This document shows, piece after piece, positions 12,501 through 26,447 of a DNA stretch of 64,000 nucleotides. Made by a program: the position numbers and the translations under genes. The notes under the pieces were generated by a model. The model saw nothing but the letters and a program-made list of their open reading frames with translations. It did not search any database and was not told the origin of the DNA. How positions within the stretch are numbered: position 1 is the first letter of the stretch; each line of letters opens with the position of its first letter. This DNA is from Octopus sinensis (Eukaryota), in contig NC_042997.1 in the NCBI RefSeq assembly GCF_006345805.1, positions 13,144,001-13,208,000 on the forward strand. Direction: 5' to 3'.

Positions 12501-15074
12501 TCCGTTTTTCTCGTATTTATATATATTAAGAGAGTGATATCATTAATTGTAATATCATCTAAACACCACAAGCAATATTTGATATTTTGCTTTTGTTAGA
12601 ACAACTTAATTAGAACTAGTTTTGTTTGACATATGGATCAATTGAATGTTCAGTTTCTTTGTTATAACTTAATTTAATTTTCCCTGAGCATGCAGTTATC
12701 ATTTAAGTGGTGTTGACCTAAACTTGATTTATCATGCTATTAAATACGTTAGTTGTGCTTAAAAAGTCTTCACATACATGTATAAGTTGTTTGCGTTTTA
12801 CGTTAATTATTCCAATGAGGTAAGTACAAGTTGTGTTTTGAAATTCAACGTCTTTTTAACCCATAAAAGAACTGATTTCCTGTCCAATCTTCATTTCTAC
12901 ATATTACAATATCTTATTCTGCAGTCTATAAAACAATCGACTCTATTTCTATGTAACGAATTATCTTTTCTAATGTTTTACATACAATTGTGTCTATCGA
13001 AGATAGGAAAAGTTAAATAAATTTTCAAATTCCATCGAGAATTTCTTTTGTCGGTATATTCCATCTCAGTTTAATTCCTATGGCAGTATATAATTGCGTT
13101 GTATAATCTCTGTAGCTTACTTACTCAAATAGGGCAGTATTTCCTGCGTACAAAATATTTTTACTCCATAGTAATATGATGAGGTCATCTGTACTGATAC
13201 CAGTATTATACTTAATTTAATTTTCTTTTCTTGGTAGGAAGTTATGATATTGGCCTGGAATGTTCTATATTCAAAATCACTTTAAGCATTTGTTTTAAAT
13301 CAGTAGACAATTTGATCTCTGTATTGTAACACTCTTAATCTTTATTATTTTATTTCATTCCAAACTTCAAATTGCATTAAGTGAATATACCTTTTGCATA
13401 GAATCAAGTGTATTCCTATCGAAACTCTAACACCATCACTTTAGGGGAGAAATCATAAAATATTTTTCCTCGTATGAAGGCAACAAAATATGATCCAAGA
13501 TAATTTTCGTTGATATTCACTGATGATCAAGCTGCTGTATACAGGGTCTCTGTTATAGAACAGTATTGTAGTCGTGCACCTCAATTTATTGACAGAATAT
13601 TACATAGCAAGAAAGAAATTAATATATTTCCTTCATAATGACCAAGAATACATGACAAAGGCGAGAAGAGATGTCCTTCATGATGTGATACACAGAAAGA
13701 CAACATTTGAATTATGTCCGATTTTCTTCTCTATGGCTGGATATAGATTTTAAAATAACAAAAAATTGCAAAATATTGATCCTAGTATTGAATAATGTAT
13801 GCGTGCAGATTTAGTCCTCAGTATCCTCTGCCGTATTTAAAGCATTCCATACCAGACAAGTTTTATCAAATGGAAGTTTTATCATTCGCGACATTTTGTA
13901 ATCATTATTACCAGCGTGAGGAAGGTAAAATGAATTCCAACTGGGAAACAAATCTGAATGAGAAATTAGTTCTAAGGGAATACAGTATCAATACACTTAT
14001 GAAAAACAATGTCATCTTATTTTCTTATTATAAAGATAATCAGAATAATTTTTTCTGAGCTTCATGCTTTTTACAAATAAATAACTCAGACAGGTGACGT
14101 GAAATTATCTTAAACAGAATACGAAACCGTATTGCAAAATTTAGTTTCTACTAATTTATCAACTCGCTCACACATTCGACCTTTCCCGAGAGATAATTGT
14201 TTTTTTAGGAAACTATGCTTTGCTCTTAAATTCTATGCCCTTTCTTCCATAATACACGCTGAATAATTTGATTACTTATTCCTGCAAGGTCAATATTGTT
14301 TTTTAACTTATTAGGTAGGATATCATTTTGTGCAAAGATATATATTTTTTTATTAACACAGAATAAAATGTGTCTTTCATAGTAAAAGTATTTTTTCTCT
14401 CTTATTTTGGATCTTTGCAAAAAAGAGCTCCAAGTAAAACTGCAGTTTCATATAAGGCACAAAATATTGATGCTTGCTAAAAAATATTTCTTTTCTTATT
14501 ACATCTTTTATTTATTTATTTATATTGCTCATAGACACCCATCCTTATTAAGTTTAAGATATGCATAAAATTTATGGAGAACTAGGGAAAAAGCTCAAAC
14601 ATTCTTCAAGAGAGATAGAAACCTGTGTTTGCCTTCCAGATATGACGCTTTACTTAGTACTTAGATAATGAGTTTTGCGAAGAAATGTTTTTCTGTCTCT
14701 CACAAATATTTTATAAGTGAATTGAAACGCAGCTTCAAGCTAAAGTATTGTTCGAATTCTATGAAAACAGTGCTCCATAGCACTGAAATTATACATACCT
14801 ACAAATAAAGATAAATACACTCACACACATGTGTATGTATATGTATAAATATATATATGTGTGTGTATGCATAGATACATATATGCATAAACACTGCTAT
14901 GTCTTTATGTATAAGTGTGTGCTTTTGGAGTGTGTGCGCGCACTTTATAATTTAGATGGGAAAGTCTATACTGCCGATGCCAATACTGATAACGGTTACC
15001 AGAGAAAAGAAGGATGGGCATCCTTCCAATTCTTACAGTTAACTACTTAGCATAGTGTTGACGATGCGATTTGT

Positions 15075-15161
<87 letters not shown>

Positions 15162-15187
15162 ATGTGTGTGTGTGTGTGTGTGTGTGT

Positions 15188-15360
15188 AGGGAGAATTCAT
15201 AAAAAAAGACGAAGACAGGTGGTGTAGACATCAAACAGGTGTATTAGTATAACGCTCGGGAAGTAGAAATGTCTTTAACGTTTCAAGCCTACGCTCTTCC
15301 ATAGAAAGGAACACAGAAAAGAAACAAGGAGAGAAAATAAAGAATGTGTAGTGTCTAGTG
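15188..15360 (-). mobile_element. Penelope-like terminal fragment, copy 1 of a tandem pair
   Basis: Homologous to 15507-15700; hammerhead-like motif at 15272-15309. Confidence 0.6.
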
Positions 15361-15390
15361 TTCTATCGTGGCGATATACATACATACACA

Positions 15391-15499
<109 letters not shown>

Positions 15500-15506
15500 A
15501 TATATA

Positions 15507-16029
15507 ACGGGAAGCTTACGAAAATAAACAAAAGACGAAGGCAGGTGGAGTACAAACAAACAATTGTATTAGTATGGCGCTCAGGAAAAGAAATAAAACA
15601 AGTCTTTTACGTTTCGAGCCTACGCTCTTCAACAGAAAGATACACAGAAAAGAAACACGGAGAGAAACAAGGAGAGAAAAAAAATGCGTGCAGGAGCTAA
15701 CGATTCAACATGGCGGTCTGATTTCGGCCAGAAGTCAGAGATCAGACGTTAGACGCAAGAGGGATAGTAGGGGAGATAACAAGGTCAAATGACCTGGCAC
15801 CAACATAAGGGTGCGTGTGTGTATGAGAGAGTATGTATGTGCGTATGAAAGGTCTGGACGTGTGTATGTATGTATGATGTGATGTGTAATGTCGTATGGT
15901 GTAGTGTAGTGTGGTGGGAGGTGGGGAAAGCCCATGTGGGGTGTGGGTTCGGCTGGGGATTGGGGTAGAGTGGGGGTTGTGGGGAGAGTGAAAGGGGGAA
16001 GTGGGGTGTGGGTTCAGCTGGGGTTGGAG

Positions 16030-16030
<1 letters not shown>
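15507..16030 (-). mobile_element. Penelope-like terminal fragment, copy 2 (longer), between (TA)n arrays
   Basis: Hammerhead-like motif at 15603-15640; both ends abut (TA)n. Confidence 0.6.
15603..15640 (-). ncRNA. Minimal type I hammerhead candidate, A6U variant
   Basis: UCUUU-CUGUUGA-A-GAGC-GUAG-GCUC-GAAACGUA-AAAGA; 5-bp stem I, palindromic ACGU stem III, GUA triplet. Confidence 0.55.
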
Positions 16031-16060
<30 letters not shown>

Positions 16061-16365
16061 TTGTATCCTTGACAAAGGTACTTCATTCACGTTACTCATG
16101 TCCTCTTGCCAAAATAATGACTACTGTCTCTCAGTCTCTATTGTCTCTCTGCTGTGTATGTGTTTGTCTCTCTCTTCCAATCTTGGCGTCACATATCTAA
16201 AGTTACACAGGATCAACAACAGGAGATTCGAGAGGTGTCTATGCCTACTTGCGACGACATGTGCGCCTAAAATAGTTCAAGAAAACTTAGTAAAGCTGCC
16301 AGAATGAAATATACATCAAGGAACTTCGTTAACCGTGCACAAATTGATGTTTCCATTATTCTTCT

Positions 16366-16836
16366 ACTTGTTTCAATCCTTTGACTGCGGCCATGCTGGG
16401 GCCCCGCCATTAGTCGAGTAAATCGACACCAGAACTTATTCTTAGTAAATCGACACCAGAACTTATTCTTTGTAAGACTACTACTTATCCTATCGGTCTC
16501 TTTGCCGTACCGCTAAGTTACGGGAACGTAAACACACTACCATCGGTTGTCAAGCAATGTTGTGGTGCCAAACACACGCACCCACACACACGCACACACA
16601 CACACACAGACACACACACATGCACACAGAGACACACACATACACACGCATATATATATATACGTATATATATATATACAACAGGCTTCTTCAGTCTCCG
16701 TCTTTCAAATCTACTCACAAGTCTTTGGTCGGCCCGAAGCTATAGTAGAAAACACTTACCCAAGGACGCAGTGGGACTGAACTGAAAACCATGTGGTTGG
16801 TAAGCAAGCTACTTTACACACATCCACTCCTGCACC
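16366..16836 (-). mobile_element. SINE family A, full length, with a private 27-bp tandem duplication (16417-16470)
   Basis: tRNA-like head at the 16836 end, CORE-like ttgggtaagtg segment, central CA/TA microsatellite, tail gcatggccgcagtcaaa. Confidence 0.85.
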
Positions 16837-17278
16837 TTTATGTATTCAGATTTTTATACAGCAGTTAGGTTTGTATTTATTCGCATTATAAATTCCTTAT
16901 TTTAGAATGAAAAATATTGCTTTGAAACGAATAAATATTTTAATTTAGGCAAAGAGAGTAAATTTAATTACTGTAGCATAAATCTACATTAAGGAACAAA
17001 GGCGATCATTTACTGGAATTATAAGTTATTAAGGTGATTTATTAAAGAAGCTTAACATAGAATTTGCTATTAAATGAACATGCTCGAGGCATACGCCGCA
17101 TGTGATGACCGAATTGTAATATCTCTATAATTTGTGATCTATATTCTTAATATCAAGGGTAATGAAAACCTTGCGTACATTGCACATACATACGTATGTG
17201 CATATATGTATACATATATATGTGATGTGCATACAAATGACAAATAAATATATATACATGAATATATATGTATAAATA

Positions 17279-17324
<46 letters not shown>

Positions 17325-17800
17325 TGTATATTCTATACACATAATTACTCATATACACACACGTGTGTGTATGTGTGTATATGTGGGCGCTGACATTAGC
17401 CTGAGGAGAGTTATCAGTGTCAGTGTTAATTGCAAGTCCTCCAAAACTATTTCAAATTTATGCAACTGATACTCAGCTTGAACATCTGTAGTTTGTGTTA
17501 TGTGATAGGGGAAGAATTTTAAGGAGGGCAAAATTCTAAGAGAGAGGAAAGAAGAGAACAAACTGTTAACTATTTATGAAGATTAGCGACTAGTATGGGA
17601 ATATGTTAGATAAGAAAAGGTATCTTTGAACTAGTGAACCGAATAATCTTTTATTGGTTGTGTCTAACGCTGCCCGAAAACAATACCAACCTGTAGAGAA
17701 ACACACCTATCAATGTAAATCAGCAATAACTTATGTTTGATGTATTTTGTGGTTCAAAAGTGTCTATGCCTACCTGTGACGACATGGGCGTCTAAAATAA

Positions 17801-18194
17801 TCTTTATATATAAAAGTAAGGTTGTGTGTCTGTCTCCTACGATTTATATTCCTAACTACTCACACATTTTGCGATGCAGTTTAACCAAAACCGGGTATCT
17901 TATAGTCGTGATTCATATCGAGCCCTTCTGGGTATTAGCGCGCGTGTACGATGAGTCTATGATTTTAAAAATAATTTACCATCATATTTTTCCAGTTTAA
18001 TGCATTTCTTCGCTATTATATAAGGGAAGTAACTCTCTAAAAATGTCTACGATGAGTCAACGATTTAAAAAAAATTACCATAATTTTTTTCCATTTTTAA
18101 TGCATTCTTTTGCTATTTTTTGGCTATAACTCTCTAAAAATGGTTTATAGTTATTTCCCTTACAAACCCGAGCAACGCCGGGCGATACTGCTAG
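17801..18194 (+). mobile_element. Non-autonomous Helitron, complete
   Basis: A|TC 5' start, 3' hairpin cccgagcaacgccggg, CTAG|T end; an empty-site paralog exists at 16235-16491. Confidence 0.9.
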
Positions 18195-18284
18195 TTTAAA
18201 ATAATTTAAGAAAATTTAATAAAGCTGTCAGAATGAAATATATATCAAGGAACTTCGTTAAACGTGCACAAAATGATGTTTCTT

Positions 18285-18393
18285 TTATTCCTTAACTTGT
18301 TTCAATCATTTGACGGCGGCCATGCTGAGGCTCCGCCATTAGTCGAGTAAATCGACCCCAGGACTTATTCTGTGTAAGACTAGTACTTATCCT
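18285..18393 (-). mobile_element. SINE family A 3' fragment
   Basis: tttgacggcggccatgctg...taagactagtacttatcc. Confidence 0.75.
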
Positions 18394-19936
18394 TTATTGT
18401 ATAGGTTTTCTGATATTTTCACTAAAAAAATAATAAAATATAAGTAGATCTAGCATATGTCATCCCTATAAACGACACAGCTCCAGAATAGCCGCAGTCA
18501 AATGACTGAGACAAGTCAAAGAATAATTCGGTCTAGCGCTTGTAGTATTTTGCAGAGATTTATTGGATGATTCTATATATTAAAGATAAGGTCGGGTGAT
18601 ACCGGAGCAATGCGAGAAGGTATAAGGTAAATTACAAAAAGAAAGAAAACAAAGTAGGAATTTTTACTTATATTTTTTAGATTTCGGGGCTATGATTGCT
18701 TCTTCAAAAGATGTTGGAAAGCGAGGGATGGAACGAGGTCGTCGCTGTGGGTGAGAACGGTGAAATGCTCAGATTGGTGTTGCTAAATTAATCAATCTGC
18801 TTCATGTAATTTTTTTCTAGTTATTTATGACTGGTCACAGCTACTTGAGAAGGTGAGTATATCTTTAGTGCAATGTTACACAATGCTTCACGAAACCCAC
18901 TCTGTTTCTTTGTATACCTAATAACATAAAATTAAAGTATAGCGTGGTTTTAGAGATATTTAGCTCATATTTCTAACACTTGGAACTACTACTAAAAAGA
19001 ATCCTTTGTGCTTGCTTGAATTTAGTTATCTGGTTTTTTTATGAGACACATCCACTACATACATCTTACGTCTATGTGTATGTAGCGGCTGTGTCTCTTT
19101 GCTCTCCACAAATACTTAGTAATATCAAAGCATGCATTCAGAATTTCTGTTAGGTTTGTTTTTCTTGTCTCCAAGTTAGTTCACTCTGAGCGGATTTATG
19201 ATGGCTGTCATTTCAGCTCTGACCACTGTCATTTGAATATATGTGTATAAAGGATGTGTATTCCATGATAATTCTACGCTATGTGATCTGAGGTCTTTGT
19301 TCATTGAGTTCTCTATATCTTGCACAAATGTTTTTATTCTTTGTAAAACACATCTGTATGACGTAGATTAAGGATTAGTGAAGGATATAGTCATCTCATA
19401 GGATGATATGTATTTAGAAATAACAGAACCAATTCATGTTTCGAAGACCTGTGTAGGTTACATTGCAATAGTTTGGGAACATCTCAGATCATAGTCTATC
19501 AAAAATGTCCTGTTAGCTCATGAGGCATTTTGACTGGCAATGATTTGTGAATGGGCATTATTATTCGTCAACGAGACTATGTGTTTAACATGCGTTATAC
19601 CTCAACATGAGATAACTGTGAACTTCCCTATGTTATGTAATGGCTTAGGATTGATTGATCGGAAAAGTGTTCTTAAGCAACTACTATTTTTGCAGCATTG
19701 AGTCTCAAGAGAAGCGAGAAAATAGGATTACATAAAGAAAGAAATCTCGTTGCCAAGGTATCAAAAGTTTATATATATCGATAAAAAGTCCTCCACGCAT
19801 CTTAGGCTCATAAATCCGATTCGATTTCCCGGATACTGTAGTGTATATATTCCTCCACTGGACAGGACGCATATCTGTCATATCAATAAGCATTTTTATC
19901 AATTTAGTGGACTAGAGGAATGTGAAATCAAGTTTT

Positions 19937-20024
19937 TTCTCAAGAACACAACGCATGGCTCGGTCCTGGGATTGAAATTACATTCATGAGCGCAAAACCT
20001 TAACCACTAAACCACGCATCTCCA
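19937..20024 (-). mobile_element. SINE family B tRNA-derived head
   Basis: Reverse complement has A/B-box-like tggtttagtggttaag...atcccaggacc and tgcgttgtgttcttgag, as in 25649-25973. Confidence 0.6.
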
Positions 20025-20097
20025 TAAGTATGTATGTAAATATACTCACAAACACACATATATTTATGTATATAAAATGCATATATAAATATATATA

Positions 20098-20160
<63 letters not shown>

Positions 20161-20720
20161 TCTTGATAGAAGTGAAGAAAACTTAAGAACCGTAATTTCT
20201 TAGAGACCCTGGACCCGAGGGAAACAAAGAAAAAAATAACAGATCAAATACACTCATAGAAAGTTCAATATGCTGCAATATTCCTATATAGTCTAAAGTA
20301 ACTACGAGGCAGTTCTTTTCGAAGTGGCAGCTGTTTGAATGCTATAATTACGAAACTTGACGCAGAGTAAAGCCTTTGAAACAGTTGAAGAAGCAGAAAA
20401 AGTGAGGGCTAAAAGGTGTTTAATAATATGTCGGTAAAACTTTTTTTATATTCTATATCGATATATTGCCATAGGTTTATAAGGTCTATATATTTATAGA
20501 CTAAAGATCTGCTAGTTCAACATATTCGAGGAGATAATTACGCATATTTTTTGGCACACAGGAAGAAAATTTATGAAAAATTAAATTATTCTGAGATGCA
20601 AACCGCATAATAATTAGAGGGTTAAGTGGCGGAATGTCTATGTAACTATTAGAAGAGTAAAACAGAGATGAGTTTTGTGTGCCTGTGTATGTGTGCGTTG
20701 TGGGTATATATGTGTGTGTG

Positions 20721-20781
<61 letters not shown>

Positions 20782-21941
20782 CGTGCTTGCGTATTTGCGT
20801 GCGTGTGTGATGTATATGTGTTTCCAGAATTGTGCGTTAATGAGAAGCCACATAATATACGCATTACCGTCTCGTCATCAGCGGCAGATATCTAACCGAA
20901 TGTGCATTAGAAACAATGTTGCTTATCATCTGATATTATTTCTGTTTTTGTTTCTTAGTCTAAAATTAAGTTCTATCCAACTGATCGGAATCTACCCTTC
21001 ATAGAAATTTGTTTCTTAGTTTAAAATATATTACAACTAGGACTTTATTATCTAATGCACCTTGCTCGTTTTACGACAGTAGGAGATTTGATTGTTGTTT
21101 CTAACACTTCGAATGCTAACTACATTGTTTAGCAGCCACAACTTGCATTTTGGTCTTTTAACTAAAAGACCAAATAGGTGTCGTATTGAATAAATTTTCA
21201 ACTTTAATATATCTTCATTTTGGATTTTTCTTATCGAAACATTAAATAGCTCGTATTTTTTACCTCTTGATTTATGAGCTACTATAATGCATGATATATG
21301 CATAATTTGATTTGTTCTATTTATTTAATCATATGTTCTATATCACAAAATACATTTTGTAATATGAAATCTATAAAAGAGATTAAAAACTTTTTGCTAC
21401 GTTATTAGTGGAGACTTATAATATATGACAGTTTTTTTGTTAATACTTTCGTTTTGAAATTAAAAAAAAATCTTGAGATGTATTTTTTCCTAACCTTTGT
21501 ATTGTATTAAAGAAAGGAAATGGAGACAATATGTAATATGTGAATCATTAAATATTTCGTTGGGCGACATATTTCACGGTGTCTTTAGAGAAATATGATA
21601 AATAATTTCAGAATCTATATAATTTTTCAGAATCAATTATGCTGCTTGGTGGACTTCGTGAAGCGTATTTGGGTGTTTTTTTAAAAATATTTTTTACTTA
21701 ATACATTGCAGTAATCCTATGTTCTTTTCTTTCATGTTTTCTCTGTTACTTTTTGATATATAATCTACCGTATATTTCCACTGCTATAACTGAAGACAAA
21801 TTATGTTTTAATGTACTTTTTAAATATTTTCTGTTGTTTCTTGATTTCAAATATAATTTTCAAACCAGAAATCTTCCATCTGCTTTTCTTTTGTATAACA
21901 GATAAAATTATAAATACATATATACATATACATACATGCAT

Positions 21942-22060
<119 letters not shown>

Positions 22061-22299
22061 TGTGTATGTGTGTATTGACGTTTATTTTATGGCCTTGTAT
22101 ATGCAGAAATAATTTAATATTAAACTGAAGAATTGCTAAATACGTTTTAGTTGAGTACATATATATATTACAATTTTGTACGTAGAGGTGGGATAGTGAC
22201 TTCGAAGATTGAACCTGTTAGGCTGTTGGCTCTTCTTCTCTGCCTCTCAATAGATATATACACACACAAATACACACAGTTGTACATACATATATAATT

Positions 22300-22383
22300 A
22301 AGGGCTTGGTGCACAGAGGTTATATAATAGCCGAAACTTATCCAGCGTGCAAAGCAATGGGACTGAACCCGGAACCATGTGGT

Positions 22384-22385
<2 letters not shown>
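22300..22385 (-). mobile_element. SINE family A head fragment
   Basis: gggactgaacccggaaccatgtggtt is identical to the head in other copies. Confidence 0.65.
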
Positions 22386-22421
<36 letters not shown>

Positions 22422-22480
22422 ATATACATGTTTGTATATATATGTATTATATGTGTGTATATGTTTGTATATATATATGC

Positions 22481-22541
<61 letters not shown>

Positions 22542-22586
22542 GCAAAACGTAGCAAAAAGTTTTTAATCTATTATATATATATAATC

Positions 22587-22635
<49 letters not shown>

Positions 22636-22739
22636 GTGTGTATGCGCGTGCGCGCGTGTGTTCAGAGTGCCCTCAGCTGCTCAGATAGCCACCCTTGCTA
22701 GGTATGCAAATCACACTAAACTCTCACGAAGGATACAGA

Positions 22740-22915
22740 GCCCTGCTGGAGACATTGCGGGAGGTGGGCGCACTCTATAGATGGGGGTGAGAAAAATAAC
22801 ATGTAGTTTAATGTGAGAATATTTGAAGTCCTGCGTTACAAACATGCGAAACTCAGTGGAGCACAGGCAGGATATGCTATTCCAATGGATATTGAAGAGG
22901 ATTTCGGTCGCATTC
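22740..22915 (+). pseudogene. Short CR1-group RT C-terminal fragment
   Basis: LYRWGEKNNM*FNVRIFEVLRY resembles the IYKWAxxNNMxFNxxKFxxLRY motif after RT domain 5. Confidence 0.45.
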
Positions 22916-22921
22916 ATGAAC

Positions 22922-22972
<51 letters not shown>

Positions 22973-23070
22973 ACACACTCACACACACTCACACACACGC
23001 ATATCTGTCTATGTTTCTCTCTCTTATGTATGCACACACATACACATTTTTTTATGCATTGTTTCGGAAG

Positions 23071-23376
23071 CTCTCTTTTACTCTTTTACTCTTTTACATG
23101 TTTCAGTCATTTGACTGCGGCCATGCTGGAGCACCGCCTTTAGTCGAGCAACTCGACCCCGTGACTTATTCTTTGTAAGCCCAGTACTTATCCTATCGGT
23201 CTCTTTTGCCGAACCGCTAAGTGACGGGGACGTAAACACACCAGCATCGGTTGTCAAGCAATGCTAGGGGTACAAACACAGAACACATACACATACATAC
23301 ATATACATATATATACATATATACGACTACCAAATCTACTCACAAGGCATTGGTCGGCCCGGGGCTATAGCAGAAG
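23071..23376 (-). mobile_element. SINE family A, 5'-truncated, with (AAAGAGT)n tail
   Basis: High similarity to 47701-48134. Confidence 0.85.
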
Positions 23377-23844
23377 GTAAGGAATCTGTTATGAGTGTCT
23401 CAAGAAATACTGATAAAACCTACTACCTAGCAATAACCGTTACGCCCCTGTGTTTTTTTTTACATTCATACAAATTACTGTCAACATAATCGTATTCTGT
23501 TACCCGAGTTACCTTTGTAAATGAGTTATATTATTCTTTTACTTCTTTCAGTGATTTGACTGCGGCCATGCTGGAATATATTTCGAGCCGTCGATATATC
23601 CACGATCGCTTAGATACAGACAATGAATCTGAAGGAAACTTAGTTAGGTTCTTTCTTAAATGTAAATATCTTACAAAATGTTAATCCTGATGGAAAGAAT
23701 AAAGCATCATAGGAAAAAGCCTTTACTCGTAGATACCAGTACTCAGCCATGGCCTAACCCATCGTCTAAGCAGTTTTGTTGAGGTTATTTTGAAACTGTT
23801 ACGTATCCACATATGAAGTTTCATCAATGGAGAAAAAGAGGATT

Positions 23845-25210
23845 ATTTCAACTCACGGAACAGGGAATGTGTGATAAAGCTACAGCAATAAGAAAAAATC
23901 TTTGGTTCAAAGAAGGAGAGCTCGAAGCTATCAAAAGTATTGGAAAACAGCAGCAGAGGAAACGATGAAAATATAGTTCCTACTGATAAAAGTAAACTCA
24001 TAGTAGAAAATAGAGGTGAAATCCCCAATAAACCACATTACAGGAAAGGATCAAAGATAGCATGCTCGATGAGAGACATATGGATGGATTCGAAGAAGAC
24101 ACTGAAACTAATGGTGACATGACATATGGGCAAAAGGCAATTTACTATAGAATAAAGGCAAAGTTACAGGAGAATGATAGCGACATTATTTGCAACCTTA
24201 AAAAAAGTTAATCGGTGGAAATTGAACCAAGAATCGAAAAATGTGAATGCAATTGCGAAATATATCAGACCAAAAAAACATCACAGTAACAAATAAGTTC
24301 ATCAATGCAGAAAGTATTGTTGTAGAAGAAAATGTGGGTGTTGATGTTAAGAAAATGAAATATAATGGGAGTGACAAAAGAAAAGATCCATGGTGGAAAA
24401 GACGAATACTGGTGAGGTTAGATATGCCCTCGAAAGACATTTCTGTGTTAAACTGAAAAGAGAAGGGGGAGCTTAAATGCTAACAAAAAATACAGGGCAC
24501 TGAACAGGAAGTATATTGAAAGAGAGAGCCTGAATGTAGTAATGGAGGAACTGAAACAGAGCCTCGTTGCAGTGAAAGCAAAGATTGCAAGATACGACCA
24601 AAGAATGAAGATTTACCAGCAGAACAGGTTATTCAGAGTGGATCAAATGAGACGCTATAAAGAAATAAGTGGAAACTGTACAGATGAAAAGTTGATAACA
24701 GATAATATTGAAAGTCAAAGGTTTTTGAAGTGACATCTGGAGCACAAGAAGGATGCTGAATGGTTGCAAGAACTGAAACAAACGGCAGTCTGACCAAAAC
24801 AGGCAGAACTAGCCATTTCAGTTAGGAAAGTGAAGAAAATCAGCAACAAACTGGGCAAATGGAAGGCTCCGGGCCCAGATGGAGTTCAAGGCTACTGGAT
24901 ATCAAAAGATTTGGGGAATGTCATGCACGAATAGCTGCACAACTCAACACCTATTTAAATGCCGACCAAATAACACCAGAGTGCTTGACAATGGGTAGGA
25001 TATACTAACACTGATTCTGATGAAAGTAAAAGCTGGGTATGTATACAAAAGCCACCAACAAAAGCTCAATCACTTGTTATTCATGGAGGAACTCAAACTT
25101 TATGGTAATGATAAATCCCAAGTCAGTTCCCTCGTTGGTATGGTGTATACTTTTAGCGCTGATATCAGAATGGAGTTCGGACTGAAAAAGTGTGGTGCGT
25201 TAGACATGAA
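23845..25210 (+). mobile_element. R4/Dong-clade LINE fragment, degraded and internally deleted
   Basis: KAKIARYDQR..YQQNRLF, KWKAPGPDGVQGYW, LNHLLFMEELKLY and MEFGLKKC motifs collinear with 37854-41920. Confidence 0.8.
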
Positions 25211-25288
25211 GATGATGATGATGATGAGGAGGAGGAGGATGATGATGATGAGGATGATGATGATGATGAGAAGGATGATGATGATAAA
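25206..25288. repeat. (GAT)n/(GAG)n microsatellite terminating the R4 fragment
   Basis: Direct reading. Confidence 0.9.
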
Positions 25289-25436
25289 GCTGAAGTGAAG
25301 AACGAATATGTAGCTTGTGTGGTTAATTGCATCCCCTCACCAGAAAATAAAAGTAAAGTAAACCACGATACCAAAATATAACAATATCTGCTTCAACACA
25401 CGATTTCACATCAGGAACTTTGCAAAGGCGAGTGTG

Positions 25437-25521
<85 letters not shown>

Positions 25522-25614
25522 CCAACAATAATAAAGGGTAAAATTAATTAATTAATAATTGATAAATTTACCAAGTAGTTCGTTATGTTAAAAAACCTTT
25601 ATCGGTAACCTTAT

Positions 25615-26295
25615 ACAAAAATTCTATGATTATAAGCATAATTATAATGGCTCAGTGGTTAGAGCGTCGAGCTTACGATCGTGAGGTTGTGAGCTCGAAT
25701 CCCGGACCGGGCTGCGTGTTGTGTTCTCGAGCAAGGCACTTTATTTCACGTTGCTCCAGTTCACTCAGCTGTAGAAATGAGTTGCGACATCACTGGTGCC
25801 AAGCTGTATCGACCTTTGTCTTTCCCTTGGATAACACTGGTGGCGTGGAGAGGGGAGGCTGGTATGCATGGGCGACTGCTGGCCTTCCATAAACAACCTC
25901 GCCCGGACTTGTGTCTAGGAGGGTAACTTTCTAGGTGCAATCCCATGGTCATTCATGACCGAAGGGGGTCTTCATAATTGGAGTTCAGCAAATTGCTTCA
26001 CCACATACTGAAATTTAGAAATAGCAGCAAAATAATATTCCTCAACCATAAGATATCTCCCAGATAGCAATAATCTTAATTCACGTAGGTAAAGAGAAAA
26101 AGTAACAAATCCACCCGGCTTTGATCAACTATATACGCCTGGTGGATTCTTTATTTTTTCTCTTTACCTACATTAATTAAGAGTATTGCTGTCTGGAAGA
26201 TATAGTATTTAGCTGCTATTTCTAAATTTTGATATGTGGTGAAGCAATTTGCTGAACTCTAATTATAATTATCCGTATAATTATAGAATTTTTGT
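25615..26295. repeat. Local inverted duplication, arms about 90 bp, left arm split by a SINE
   Basis: 25615-25648 plus 25974-26034 is the reverse complement of 26206-26295 with few mismatches. Confidence 0.85.
25649..25973 (+). mobile_element. SINE family B, near full length, probable ataat TSD
   Basis: A box ggctcagtggttag, B box gctcgaatccc, CORE/Meta-like ctcgagcaaggcactt...cactcagctgt, tail catgaccgaagggggtctt. Confidence 0.85.
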
Positions 26296-26299
26296 GTCT

Positions 26300-26447
26300 A
26301 TATATATTCCTTGTTTTTTCTGTGTCCCTTCCTGTAGAAGAGCGTAGGCTCGAAACATAAAGGACTTTTTCTATTCCTGAACGTTATACTAATACATCTG
26401 TTTGTTTTGTACACCACCTGTCTTCGCCTTTTTTTTTCGTAAACTCT

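Noticed and set aside
21149-21174. 12-bp perfect hairpin tttggtctttta/taaaagaccaaa
   Set aside because: Short, AT-rich and isolated; plausible by chance or slippage in 64 kb
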